The notes under the pieces: model-generated
Told to the model about the DNA's origin: nothing
Seen by the model: the letters and a program-made list of their open reading frames with translations, nothing else
Database searches by the model: none
Part shown: piece after piece, positions 1 through 34,446 of the stretch
Layout: each line of letters starts with the position of its first letter
Numbering within the stretch: the first letter of the stretch is position 1
Program-made: the position numbers and the translations under genes
From: the human T2T-CHM13v2.0 reference genome, Homo sapiens
DNA: 64,000 bases
Strand: one strand, 5' to 3'
NCBI RefSeq assembly: GCF_009914755.1
Contig: NC_060934.1

Positions 1-359
1 GTGAGCTGGGCATGTTGGGTCTCTTCTAGAAAACTGAGATTACAGGACCTAGTCAGAGGGCAAATAGCCAGGTGTGAAGTGCCCACAAAGGGCCTGGCAC
101 ACAGAGGGACTTGGTTCAGGGAAATCCTTGCCTCTCCTTCCCCATCCTGGGGGAGGGTGTTTATGCCCACAGTGAACACAATGCTGCAGGGCTGAGGCTC
201 AGAGGGCACAGATGGCTCAGGTCTGAGCAGCTTATCTCTCAACAAAGCTCCCTTCTAATCCGATTCTCACAGCAAGGTGAGAAGCCCCACCGCTGCACCC
301 TCCACAGCTGCGTAGGAGAACGCCAGGCCCCCTCTGGGCTGATGGGCAGAGATTCCCTG

Positions 360-416
360 GCCCAGGGCTCTGGGGACAGTGGTGCCCAGGGCTCTGGGGA
401 CAGTGGTGCCCAGGGC
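360..416. repeat. 24-bp tandem repeat x2.4 (GCCCAGGGCTCTGGGGACAGTGGT)
   Basis: Exact copies read directly. Confidence 0.9.
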
Positions 417-902
417 AAGTCAGAGTCTTTGTCTTGTCACAGGCCAGACTTTTCACATCTCTTCCATATGTTCCACTCCCAGGTTCACTCACTCACTCAC
501 TCACTCGTTCCCAGGCTCTGCAGTGTTCTGTTCACCACGGGCATAAATACCCCTTCCGAGTGGGGCAGGTGAGGCGGGGACTTCCCTGAACCCAGCCCCT
601 CTGTGCGCCAGGCCCTTTGCTGCACTTCACACCTGACTATTTGCCCTCTGAGCAGGTCCTTTAATCTCCATGTTCATCTATCCCGGGGTAGTAATTGTCA
701 GGCCCTGAGCTGCGTTCTGAGGCTCAGAGATGAACAAATATGGTCCCCTGATGTCTGAGAGGCAATCATTTCTCCACAAAGCTGTGGGCACCCAGGTAAG
801 AACAGAGGGCTGGGACTGCAGGAGAAAGAGTGGAAGATGAGGAAGGAATGAAAAGACTGCTCAAACTCAGCAGAAGACACCAGCCAGAGAAGGGGCGCAA
901 GA

Positions 903-1750
903 TGTGTGTGTGTGTGTGTGTGTGTGGTGTGCAGAGGGGTGTGGAGGACATGGGAGGTGGGGGGGGGGTTTTGTGGTGTATGTGGTGAATGGTGTGTGTG
1001 TACGGTGTGTAATGTGTGTGTGTGCGATGTGTATGTGAGGGTACAGGATTTGTACATGTGTATATGTGAAGTGTGTGTGATGTGTGGTGTGTGTGTGAGG
1101 GTATGGACTTTGTGGTGTGTGTGCCATATGTATGTCTGTAGCATGTGTGTAGTTTATACAGTGTGTGTGATGTGTGTTGATGTGTGATGGATGATGGATG
1201 TGTGGTTTGTGGTATGTATGGTGTGTGTGTGGCATGTGTGATGTGTGGTGTGCGTGGTGTATGTGTGTAATGTGGTATGTGTTGTGTGTGGTGTGTGTGA
1301 TATGTGGTGTGTGGTTGTATGTGTGGTGTGTGTGATGTGTATGGTGTGTGGTGTGACTGATGCACTTGTATGGTGTGTGGTTTGTGTGTGTGGTGTGTGT
1401 GTGTGCGTAGGGTGTGTGGTGTGTGATGTATGTGTGTGTTGGGGCATGTGGTTTGTGTGTGTGTGGTGTGTGTGTGGTGTGTGTGTGGTGTATGTGTGGT
1501 ATATGGTGGATGTGTGGTTTGTGGATATTGTTTGTGGTATGTATGATGTGTGTGTGGCATGTGTGATGTGTGGTGTGTGTGGTGTATGTGTGTAATGTGG
1601 TGTGTGGTGTGTTGTGTGCAGTGTGTGGTGTGATGTGTGATGTGGTATGTGGTTGTGTGTGTGATGCATTTGTGTGGTGTGTGGTTTGTGTGTGTGGTGT
1701 CTGTGTGATTGTGTGTGTGTGTTGGAGTGTGTGGTGAGGGATGTGTGTGT

Positions 1751-1798
<48 letters not shown>
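903..1798. repeat. Degenerate (TG)n/(TGG) low-complexity tract, about 900 bp
   Basis: Read directly; pure (TG)n at both ends. Confidence 0.95.
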
Positions 1799-2873
1799 GG
1801 GGTGAAGTAAGGATGCAGCAAGGGCCAGGCAGGAAGCTTGAGTGTTGAAGGAGAAGTCAGCAACTGGACAGCAGCATCAGGACAAAAGGGAAGCAGAGGG
1901 TTCAGCCGGGGCCTATGGAAGGGCCTGGAAAGTCCTCAGTGTTTGGGGTTTATCTTGAGAGCAATGAAGAACCAGAGATTCAGTAAGCAGGAGAGAATGC
2001 CATGAGAGAGGGCCATTAAGAGACAGAAGGAAGGGAGCTGAGGCAGGGGTGGCAAGTGCGGCACCAAGGACCAGCGTTGGGGCATTCAGAACAGCAGTGG
2101 AGAGGCTTTGGAGATGTGTTAGCTGCGGGGCTAACACGTCCACAGTGGCGGCTCCGTGCTGTGTCAGACCCTCACCAGGAACTCCTTTGGCAAAGTGAAT
2201 CACCTAGCAGCAATGCAAGAGCTGGCCATTTCTGTGTCCTTCTCCTCTCCCTTGTCTCTTCTCCACCCCAAGCCCCAAAAAAGGTAAAGAAAAAAGCCAC
2301 ACACACAAAAATTAAACATGCGTGCTGGAGAGTCAACCAAAAGGAAGACTCAAAGGCCGTGTGCCCCACTGATAAGCTGACTTGCTTCTGGGAACCATGG
2401 AAAGGAAGGGGAGCAAGAGTTCTGGAAGCCTCAGCCTCTGTGAGGGCTGTAAGTGAGGAAGACTAGATATTTAATACACACAAATAAGAGGAAGACACAG
2501 CCTGGCCTGTGGGAAAGAAGGAGCACCTTCTCTGAGGGCCAGGATTGCAGGGTCACAGCTGTGAGCCACAGTTGTGAGGACACGAGGCCCTCAAGGGACA
2601 CCAGCCCCTCAAAACAGCCTAGGTCAAAGATGAGAACATAAAAGGAGCAGAGGACCCTGCACTTGCTCCGCCCTAGCCTGTCCTATCTGTCCTTCTGAGG
2701 AGGGAGGGAAAGCCTGTGGCAGGTTCCCAGGCCGACAGAGACGCTCACGCAAAGCTAGAGGTCCGTGGCTCCTTGGGAGCAGGTGCTGCTTCCCTCAGAG
2801 ATACCAAAAACTTTCCTTCCCACTCTCACTGACCACCTTCAAAACTTGCAACATGCACTTTTAAACTTTCTCA

Positions 2874-2984
<111 letters not shown>

Positions 2985-4059
2985 TCAGCAGTGGAAGAAT
3001 TTCGCTCTCAAAGGGAGGTTGAGACTAAAGGGAAACTCTTGTGAATAACACTTTTCCAGTTTGGGGAGAAAACCCAAACATCTGGAAGTGACTTTAAAAT
3101 AATAAAACTGGAATTCTTATGTTGCCCTAATTGAGTCTTGAAGAATCTAGACCAGTTTGCAGGTTACAGTAGCATCAATAGAGGAAGTGTACAGTCTCCG
3201 TGGCAACTAAAGGGGTCGATACTCCCTGAAAGGGTGGGACCCCGCTGTAATTGATAGAGCATGAGCTTCAAAATCAGATTTGGGCTCACATGATGGCTCT
3301 GTCATACACCCACTTTGTGACATTGGGGAGGTCAGATAACCTCTCAGAACTTCTCCCCATCCATAAAATGAGGCTGAAACTGCCTATCACACCTCCCAGC
3401 TCATCTCTGGGCAAATAGCCCGTGGTAAACCACCTTCTGGAGCCCTGCGGGGGCCATACCCTGGCCGGTTAATGCTCACACAGTGACTCCCCTTACAGAC
3501 TCTGCAGCATTTTTCCTGCTTTGGGAGCATAGGTGTGTCCAGGGCTCAAGTCTGATCTCCCCAGTGGTGGCTGGACCTTGCCCATTTACTAGGAGCCTGG
3601 CAACATGTAGGTAGCTCTAGAAGCAATAAGCAGACTCAGGTTATCAACAGCTCCATCTCAGGAAGAGGTCTTTGGCACCCATCTGCTTTTTAACCTCAGT
3701 TAAACTACACTGCCCCTCAGGACATGCAAAGTGTCAACCAGAATGGGGGGAGGGTGTCAAATTATAAGATGTCCACTCTGAGAAGTCCCTTTCCACATTA
3801 AATGCAAGAATTTCAACTCAATGTTTAAATATGCTGTGCATGTAAACATTTATATATGTGCCATAGTCTCCACCACTCCCTATTGCCTTTCACCCAGCCA
3901 TTTCACACATTTCCATTTCCTGCCTGGTTCAGCATGGATTTTCAGTGTATACCCTTGGCTTCTCCACTCTGCCAATTTATGGATGGATGGATAAGGAGCA
4001 TGACAAAGGCCATGACCGGGAACCAAGCCTTATGACATTGTCAGATGCCTCTTCATTCA

Positions 4060-4397
<338 letters not shown>

Positions 4398-4548
4398 CTA
4401 TTCGTTCAGCCAGTCAATAATTACCCATTGAGGACCTATTTTGTGCCAGACCCTATGCTAATGCTGAAGCAAACTATGAATGAAACTCAGCCTCTTCCCT
4501 GGTGCACAGCCTTCTAGGGGAGACACAAAAGCAGACTGCACAAAAGAC

Positions 4549-4881
<333 letters not shown>

Positions 4882-6536
4882 TACTAAAGTCTTTTAAAGG
4901 CTCTGTTGAGGTTCCAAATAGGGAGCAGTTCTGCTTGGAGGCAGAGGTATGCTAGGAAAAAGAATCTTCTGGGAAGAAAGAGATCCTTTGATGTGTTCCT
5001 CTACTCAGTCTCAGCCATGTGGCAGGCTGAGAAAGCAAAGGAGACTACTGTAGGCAAAGTCAGGGTTAGAGGAGGCTCTGCCCACCCGTATGAATGCCCA
5101 TACAAGCCAGGAGTCAGAATGAGTGGGCAAAATGGTTACTGGAGCCACTAACCTATTAGATGGGTACAAGGAAATAGGTGGCACCACAGAGTCCCTCAGT
5201 TAAAGAGATAGGCAAGGTCTCAGATAGGAAAGGGACCCCATCCTCATGTCAGAGGAAACTGAGATAGCCACTCTACACCTGGCCCGGGCACAGCAAGGGG
5301 GCAGGGGAAGCCACATGTCACAGTAGATGGGTATCCAGGCTCCCCAGGCACACTGAGCCCACAGCTGAACTACTAACCTCAGAGCTCACTGAGTGGGGCG
5401 GGACTCCCAGTTTCCAGCCAGGGGAGGACATCCTGGCCCAGACCTGCAGAGGAGAGTCTTCAGGACCTTACCTGGACTGGGACAGTACCTGACGGAATTG
5501 TATCTAGAGAGGGTATGTCCAGTACACAGTTGATACATCCAAGCCTATTCAGATCCCCTGACCCTATTCTGTCAAGCTCAGTACCAAACTCTGCCTTGGG
5601 CCAGGACTTTCCTATCGTGAGCAATCATTTTGTTGAAACTTTGGACAGAGCAGCTCAGGATGCCAACACACCAGGACAGAGGTCAGTCTGTCAAATGGTC
5701 TCACCCTCACTGTCTCAGACTGCTGGGGCAGAAGCAGGGCACTAGAAACCTATTGCGACTGTCTACCCGACCTGGCTCCCCCCTCATATTGTCAGGAAAT
5801 GAGCCTGAATCGCAGGCACATGCTGCTCACCACATCCTCAGTACCAGATGGAGCCTGGAAGTCACCTGGCCCAACTGCTGTCAGTGCAGGTATGCACGTG
5901 TGTCTATGCGTGGAGATAAGATGTGAGTGGATTCACACATTGTTGGATATGTGTGTATGTGTGTACAAATGGGACTATAACTCTTGTGTATGTTTGTGAG
6001 CAGCTGTGTGAATTTGTGTCTATGCACATGGGCAAGGGACTGTGGGTTGGCACACTCAGGTAGATCAGATAAAGGCAAAGACATGGATGTGCACGTGAGC
6101 CTGAGTTGGCATATTGGCAGACTTACAACACATGCATGCCCAGGCTAACAGCTGACACGCCAATTCTCGCTTATCAATAGCTGGAGAAGCTGCCATAAAT
6201 CCACCAGAAGAAGAGCTGTCAGAAGCTGACTTTAAGATGACACTATGTGGTACTGCACTGCAGGTACCATGGCAAGGAGGTCCCAGGAGACAGGGAGCTC
6301 ACCACCCTTCAGGGGTGACGGGCATTTGGAAGACAGTGTGACTGGTGTGCCTGAGGCTGCCCAGGCTCTGTAAGTGAGGGTCAGGTCCCATGTCTCATGG
6401 CAGATGAGTCCTACTGAGCCTTGACAAGCCAAGACCTTCCATACTGCAAGGTCAAGATCAGGGTCCATGGTGAGAACCACCATAAAGAGCTGCTGTTTTC
6501 CCAGGTCCTTAGGTGATTTGAGGACAGGGTTGTATC

Positions 6537-6650
6537 TAGGGTGACCGCCAAATACCAGGTTACCTTAGGCTTTGCTGGTTTTAGCATTGAAAGTCCTGCA
6601 TCCCTGGAAACCCCTCAGTCCCAGGCAAATTTGGGCAGCTGGTTACACTA
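6537..6650. mobile_element. Short hAT MITE relic (MER81-like)
   Basis: TAGGGTGACC..GGTTACACTA degenerate TIRs, about 114 bp. Confidence 0.6.
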
Positions 6651-6743
6651 GCAGATCTGAACCTAAAACAGCTGAAGGAAGCAGCAGGAGTTGGAGTGGG
6701 GGGTGTGGAGGGTCTTTCTCAGACCCTTCTACATCAGAATAGA

Positions 6744-7302
<559 letters not shown>

Positions 7303-9284
7303 GAGTTTGAACCTTCTTTGGAGCCAACCCAAACTGTATGTGAATCCAAGCTCTGCACCTCAGAGAGAATAAGTCACTTGCTTGGTCGTACACAGCCAAT
7401 GAGGAAATCTCCCTCCTCTGCAAAGCAGAGAAAATCACATTGGGAGAGCAGTGCAGGTCAAATAAGATAATATGGGCAAATATACATAAGCACACATACA
7501 GCACATGGCATGTAGGCTACTCCTTCCCCTTCCCTCTCCAGTGCATGGCTGTTGACTGAGGGAACTGAGGAGAGAGAAATCAACGGCCCTAGATTGGTGA
7601 GGAGCAGGGCTAACAGGACCCAGGGAGAGCTGGCTTTTCTCGGCCCACCAAGACATCTACTCCAGGAAACCTTGGCTCTGCCTCTGGCTCCTGGGAAATC
7701 CACGGCAAGACTCAGTCTCCACATCCCTATATGGGACTTGCAGAATACTTGCCTTAGCTTTGTCCCAGCACTTTGGGAGGCAGATTCAGAACATCTGTGC
7801 AATTTAAAGTGTGTCTTTTCAGCAAAAGAGCCAAGCCTAAGGAGACTCAACAAGGGTTTCGGCCAATTAGGCCTGAAAACTGCTGCACATTCTAAAACCA
7901 TTGATTCATCTTCCTTCTTCTCTGCAAATCCCTGACCCTTGCTCACAGTAGATCATGTAGGGCTAGACCAAGGGATGGGGGGTGCTCTGTTCCCTCAAAG
8001 GCCCCTGGCAGGGGGAGGGGGGGAATGCTGAGTCCTCAGCTGTGGAGACCTCTCCCAGGAGCACACAGAGGAGGGATCTCCTCTATCTGAGAACACATCC
8101 ACCCAAGGGCATCCTGGGAAGTGGCCTGGCTTGGGCTTGAAGTGACCTGTACCCCCATAAATGGCCCAACCAGGAGAAGGAAAACAGGCTGCATTTCCAA
8201 GCACCCTCCAGTGTCAGAGCAGGAGAACGAGGAAGCCCAAGGAGCTTTACCAGCAGCCAAAAAGGTTCCTGGGCTTACCTGTGTCTTCAAGTTATCAGCA
8301 TCCAGGACCCCAATAGCAGTGCCTTGCTTTGTGTAAATACCCTCTAGGAATGAGATCTCGTGCCTCTCGGGCAGTTCAGATCTATCTTGGCCAGCTCTGT
8401 GCAAGTCTGTCCTAAGATGGGGCTTAACTCTGCCTTCAGGCCCTTCACTCTTCCTTGGAAGGTTTGAAGAGTGGGTCAGCTGCCCCTTCATGGTCCCAGA
8501 CTGGGCACTGACTGGGAATGGGGAGCAGAACTGCCTCTCACCCTGGTGGACACCTGAGGGTCCTCCCTGCTGCCCACCACACAGATCAGACCCTTTGGGA
8601 GAGGTGGTCCAGCCTGGGGAACAGGGCAGGAATGGGTTGAGATCACAGAGAGGGGGTCCTGATAACCCCTTACCATCTGCTGCCCATCCATCACCCTTTC
8701 TCTTTGCCTTTGGTCTCACGCGGCTTATAGAACCTGCTTAGACTGCTAAGGCAAGGCCCTCTCGGCCGCTCCACTAACTTTTCTTCTGGAATGCTTAGCT
8801 CAGAGAAGACAGCTAAGCCCCTGAAAGTCACAGAGGAAGTTGATGAGAAAAGAAAACTGCGAAGCCCAAGCCCCACCAGGACTTAAGTACCCTGGGAAAG
8901 CCTCAGGACAACTTGGGGGAAAGACACTCCTGTCCCCCATGGTGTCCTCCTGTCCAGGACTGGGGGCCGCCGGCAAAGGGGGCGTGGTGGGCGGGGAGTC
9001 CTCTTGTCACGCCCTCCTGCCCCCGCCCGCGGCTGGGAGCCTGTCGCTCCGCTCTGCGCCGCTAATTGGTCTCGTCAGGCGGCCGGCAGGAGCAGATCCG
9101 AGCCGTGTCATCCTCTTAGCGCCCTCACGCCACCCGCCGCTCCCGCCCCGTGCCCCCTCCCGCCGCGGCTGCAGTCGCCGCTACCCCCATTGTGGTCTCT
9201 GCCCTCCCCGCGGGCCCAGGGCATGCTCCGTGCCCCTGCGCCCGGTCTCGGCGGCGGCAGGCGACACTCCGCGCCGGCGGAGAC

Positions 9285-29147
<19,863 letters not shown>

Positions 29148-29273
29148 TGTGTGCCCTATGACCCCCCATCTTTCCTCCGCCCCTGACCCCCACCACCCTG
29201 CTGCTCGGACTATGCTCCCCTTCCTCTGCTCCTTAAGGTCACTGACCCCTGTTTTGCACAATGGTATAATCCC

Positions 29274-29317
29274 CACTGTCTTCATCTCTACCGCCACCTT
29301 CTGGCGCAACAAGAAGT
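29274..29317 (+). repeat. 44-bp copy of CDHR1 coding segment 28712-28755 in the 3'UTR
   Basis: 42/44 identical by direct comparison. Confidence 0.93.
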
Positions 29318-31870
29318 TGCGCTCTGACAGGGCTCTAGTCAGGGCCTTGGGCAAGACATTGGGCTCTAGGATGCAATTGGCAAATACGTCCCCGTTACTC
29401 AAATCCTTGGCACTACTACAATGCCCTCCATTCTTCAGGGCTGAGAATTGACGAGAAGCCAGCTCACCCATCCCAGACCTCACAGTCCCTCAGGTTCTAC
29501 TGGGATCTCATCATCATCCTTAGTCAAGCAGCAGGGCCCTGGCCACGTGGAGCAACACTGACTAGAATCTGGATCCTGACGCCTGCAGCTGAGAGCAGGA
29601 GCAGGAAAAGGAGGCTCAGCACTGTCTCAGGCTGGAGGTCAGCGAACCTCGTGGGCTGTAGGAAAGCAAATGTAGGTAAGGGGAGAGCAAGGATGCACAG
29701 AAAACACACTGACTGTGGGACTGTGCCAGGATGCATTTGGAAAGATAGAGCATTCTGTCTGGGCAGAGACTGTGGACCCTGGTATGCCCACGTGGGACAG
29801 AGGACACAGAGGTGGAAGATTGATCTTGCCAAGAGTGAGGGCAGATGTCTCCAGCCAGGACTGCCCTGAGCCGCAAAATGTCAAAGCTGGAGCTATAGAG
29901 GTAGCCCTAAAGGCAACTAGAAGAGCATCAGGGCTGCTCTCTGAGGAGCTGCCCCACCAGCCATCCTTGAAGAGACAATTCAGGGCAGTTGATGAATATC
30001 AGGGCTGAGATGTGGTGAGACTTCCGTTTTTATCCAGCTCTTTTGCTCACATCGCGTAACCTTGGGAAAGCTGTTTAAAGTCGCTGATCATCCTCTTCCT
30101 CATCTGTAAATGAAGAAAGTAGGCCCTGTCTACCTCACATGCAGGTCTAGGGTGAGGATTGAAGAAAATAGTGGTGATGAGGGCTTTAACCAAGTGCAAA
30201 GCGGCATGAATGCAAAGTATTTTTCTGCAGCCCAGTTCTGTGGGTGCAGCTCTTCCAGAAAGTATTAGGAGCCTCACATCTACTCTGCCAAGCGCCCCAG
30301 CAGGCACTGTGCTGGGCTTAGGGGCTACCACTGGATGATGGCATTGCCGTGACTCACACACCTCTACTTCTGTTCTTCCCTCACTCCATCCCCGCTACCG
30401 TCCTGGCCAGCTACCGTCAGAGAGAACCAGAGCTCCAAGTCTTTAATTTGCCAAGATGAAGAAAATGAGTTCTCAAGGAGGGAATGCTTTGCTTGAGGCC
30501 ACACAGCAGGTTGGTAGCAAAGATCTTGTCTAGCCAGGGCAGCCCTTATCAGCTTGTGACAACCTTCCCCAGGACAGAAGTCATACAAGGCCTCTGGGGT
30601 TAATACAAATAGGTTGTGCCCTGCTTTAAGGAACCTGCTATCAGGAAATCTACATGTGTGCACAGAGAGAGAAAAGTAGAACAGTTCTTTGCATTTGGCT
30701 CTACTTACTAACAACCCCTCTAGAATACATTGGTGATTTCATTTAAAGAGATTGTATGCATTTGTGGCTTTCCTGATTTCTGAGTCTGTGTTTGGAGGTG
30801 TTACTGAGATGTGCCAGTGTGCAGAATCCTTGCTGGGGTTTCTACAGTCCCCAACGTGAACAGTATTAAGCAAGAGGTGGACTCGAGCAATCCAGGAGCC
30901 CAGACTGAGCAAATAAGTACTTTCCAGCCTGTGTTTCAGGAGAGGACTGTGCTGGATCATGCTTGCCCTCCACAGGGAATACAGCATCCTTACAGCTTGC
31001 ATGCAATCAACCTCTTTTGTAAATGGAAAATAAAGTCTGTTACCCAAAGGCCATGCTGATCCCCTGCTCCCTGCTTTCATTTATGTTTGCTGACCTGTGG
31101 AGACCAGTCTTTCTGACACACAGTGAAGCTCAACTTGCCTCCTGGCTGCTTCAGCAGGTGGATCCATTCTTCGACCCCCAGATGTGACTCTAAAGAAGGC
31201 TGAAAATTTTTGTCCAAATTGCCATGCAGATATCTTGAACAGCAGGACATTTGCAGGCCTTGTCTACTGGACTTTTCTCCCAAACAGGACAAGCCCAGGC
31301 AGGGCTGCATGGAGAGGAATGGAACCTGGAGCTAGAATTAATTGCCCACTCTCCCACCCTACCAGTGCAGCCCGGCAAGGGCAGGAATTGGGAGGCCTAG
31401 GGTGGGCATGAAAGCTTGGGAAGCACTGTCGTCTCTCAGACAGGCGTCCTAAAGACCTCTAGGCTGGAAGCTTGGGCTTGCAAGTGGATCCGGGACCGAG
31501 GGTGGTCTCTTGGACAACCCCAGGAACTTGGACCAAGGCAGAGCCAATCTTGCAAACTGGCCATGGATGGGGAAGTGCCCGGTAGCCAGCATGAGCCACA
31601 CTAGGAAAGAGGAGGAGGGTGCAGCCAAACTTAAGGCACCGGCAAGTGTTGTCAGCACTGGAGGAGACCCCGCCAGTGGGGTGAGGCCAGCCAAGTCCCT
31701 GTGTTACGAATGGTGGGCCAAGGGGCTGTCTGCTAGGTCCCAGTAGGACAGGCAGAGCTCCAGGCTGGCACCATGGTAGGCCTCCAGGGAAAGAGCTGGG
31801 AGGCAGGAATGGCACACTGGGCAGGCTTGCCCATTCCTGGCCCTGAGAATGGAGCTGTAGCCTCATGGAC

Positions 31871-31876
31871 AATAAA
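31871..31876 (+). terminator. Candidate CDHR1 polyadenylation signal (other AATAAA at 31029, 32824, 33189)
   Basis: AATAAA downstream of the CDHR1 stop; usage cannot be verified from sequence. Confidence 0.5.
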
Positions 31877-33419
31877 TGGATGTGACACCAAATACTCTGC
31901 AGAGTCATTTTCCTCCTGCGGCTGAGCTCAGATCTTCCAATCACGTGAAATAACAAAGTCCTTTACAGTTTGACAGCCCTAGGTCTGAATTCTGGTTCTG
32001 CCATTAATTGTGACTTTGGGCAAGAGGTCAAGTCTCTCTGGGCCTCACTTTCCTCATTAACACAGGGTGCAAAGTATGGTTGCAGAGAGGATGAAAAGAT
32101 CTAATATATGTAAAGTGCCTAGCACCGGCTTTGTATCTACTTACACAAGCTCAGTAGACACTTGCCGTGACTGTGGCCCACATACTAGAACACCATGTCC
32201 TGAAAGAGAGGACCCCCTCCATGCATCCTCACCCCCCAGGATGTTTCCACCCACCTGTAGGTCCAGAAGCTTTTACTTCATGCTAGAAAAAGAGAAGAGA
32301 GTGGATCCAGAGGGGAGTGGAGGACAGGGCAGATGCCACAGCATCTGTGGCCTGTGTAGCCGGCAGCCTGCATTTGGGCGTTGACATTCCAGGGGAGTTA
32401 GGAACAATGAGAGGTCTCTAAGAACTTGTGGCACTCTGTCCTCAAGCAGCTGTCCCTCAGAATCCTGCTAGAAAAGTGTGATCAGAGCTGGGAAGGAGCC
32501 ACCATGCTCTGCTTCTCTAAGGATTTCGGTGATTCTATTTTTAGGGACTGAAGGCGTTGAGGGAATCCAAGGCCAGTCCACCTGCCAGGGGTGTTGGCAT
32601 CTGTTGACAGGCAGTGGCACATCCTGACAGTCTTCAAGGCCTTGGCCACCAAGGGATGGAGAGGGAGAATGGAGAAGATGCCACATGAGGAATGAGGCAG
32701 GAGACTGGCATGTGCCACATGGAGGACCCCTTAGGAAACTCACAAACAACCTAGGGAGGGGTTCTCTGAAGGGCCTAGTTTCCAGAATGAGGCGGTCATG
32801 GCTTAAGCGACCATCATTTGATCAATAAAGCAGAGTAGCAACAGGCTGATGTTGGGGACATCGGTTTGATGTTATAAAATCGTGCACATGTACCCCTTTT
32901 GAGGCCTGAATGAGGTTCGGTTATTTATTCATTTCTCAATAATTTACTCAGCCATTCCTAGGGTGACAAGTTTGGAGTATATCTTCTGTGCCAGGCTCTC
33001 TTCTAGGTGTTAGGTGTATGTCTCTAACAAGATAGAAGGAAAGAAGAAAAGAAAAAGAACAACATTCCTCTCTTTAATTGCTAATCGCCTGGGCCTAGGG
33101 AGTCTTCATTTTAAAAGCAAGTAGCCCTGCTTACAAATGTCTCCTCAATCAAAGGCATTTGCCTTAAACTTGTATGGTCTAAACTCTAAATAAATAAGCT
33201 TCTCAAGGGCATGACAACTATATCGGAAACTGTAGCATCTTTTCAACATGAATTAAACAGAACATGTGAAGGATATTAGCCCAGATATCATGTTATTACA
33301 TATATATATTTATAAGTATACACACATATGTAGTCTTAATAAGATGTGATATTCCAAATGGCCCTATGTGCTGAGTCACATTCAAAGAAAGCACAAACTG
33401 ATGTAGATGCCTGAAATGA

Positions 33420-33700
33420 TGGTAACATTTATTATTGTGACATTTACTGAGGGTTTACTATGTGCCAGGTATTGTTCTGAGAACTTTGTATGTTAAAAAA
33501 AAAGCCTCGTATAATTACCAGAATAACCCTATGAGGTAAGGACTGTTATTATCCCCATTTTACAGGTGAGAACACTAATGTACTATTATTATTCTATTTT
33601 ATAGGTGAGAAGACTAAGGTACATGAAAAATAGTAACTTCCCTGGTACAACAAAGTCAGTAAGAAAACCAAAATTTAAGCCCAAGAAACCACATTCCAGC
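33420..33700. mobile_element. MIR element hosting the CDHR1 alternative exon acceptor
   Basis: TACTATGTGCCAGG..CCCTATGAGGTA..TTATCCCCATTTTACAGGTGAG core. Confidence 0.75.
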
Positions 33701-33802
33701 CAGGGTCTGTTCTTGCATCCCCACTGCGAAATTGCCTTATTCAATCTGAGTAATGTGAATCTGTACTCTAGAGTTTTTCAAGGGGCAGCCCAAGCATCTT
33801 AA
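33605..33802 (+). CDS. CDHR1: CDHR1 alternative terminal exon (745-aa isoform without TM), MIR-derived
   Basis: ttttatag|GTG phase-0 acceptor compatible with exon 16; 65 codons then TAA; 680+65 = 745 aa matches the length I recall for the second CDHR1 isoform. Confidence 0.72.
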   Translation: MRRLRYMKNSNFPGTTKSVRKPKFKPKKPHSSQGLFLHPHCEIALFNLSNVNLYSRVFQGAAQAS

Positions 33803-34084
33803 AAAGTATCAGATTCTCAGAAATCCTCCCTAGACCATTTTCCCTCTCCCTAAATTTCTATGTTTACAGAAGCAACTGAATACTTCCCTACCCACCAACA
33901 TGCTCCTGGCTCTCCCCTGCACTGCTTGCTGCTCTTCCACAGCCCTTCTCTCATCCTGACCCCTCTGTCTCATGTGCACCACCAAGCTTCTTTTGCTTGG
34001 CTTGAAGGTCTGAACATCCACTCTCACCTTCATGGTAGCCCAGGCTATTTCATGATGGTGACACCCTCAAGATCCGTAGACCAC

Positions 34085-34446
34085 TGTATTAGTTCGTTCT
34101 CATGCTGCTAATAAAGATACCCGAGACTGGGTAATTTATAGAGGAAACAGGTTTAATTGACTCACAGTTCTGCATGACTGGGGAGGACTCAGGGTGGAAG
34201 GGGAAGCAAACATGTCCTTCTTCACATGGCGACAGGAGAGAGAAGAATGAGAGCTGAGTGAAGGGGGAAGCCCCTTATAAAACCATCAGATCTTTTGAGA
34301 ACTTACTCACTATCATGAGAATGGCATGGGAGAAACTACCCCCATGATTCAATTACCTCCTATTGGGTCCCTCCCATGACATGTGGGGATTATGGAAACT
34401 AAGATTGAAGATGAGATTTGGGCGGGGACATAGCCAAACCATATCA
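34085..34446 (-). mobile_element. THE1/MST MaLR solo LTR
   Basis: TGTATTAGT..GCCAAACCATATCA termini, 362 bp. Confidence 0.88.
34110..34115 (+). terminator. Candidate poly(A) signal for the CDHR1 alternative terminal exon, inside a MaLR LTR
   Basis: First AATAAA I see after the 33802 stop. Confidence 0.5.

Noticed and set aside
360-416. 24-bp direct repeats as a CRISPR-like array
   Set aside because: Tandem with no spacers; eukaryotic minisatellite.
698-1863. Long His/Thr- and Val/Cys-rich ORFs (up to 365 aa)
   Set aside because: Translation of the TG simple repeat, which lacks stop codons; no splice or promoter support.
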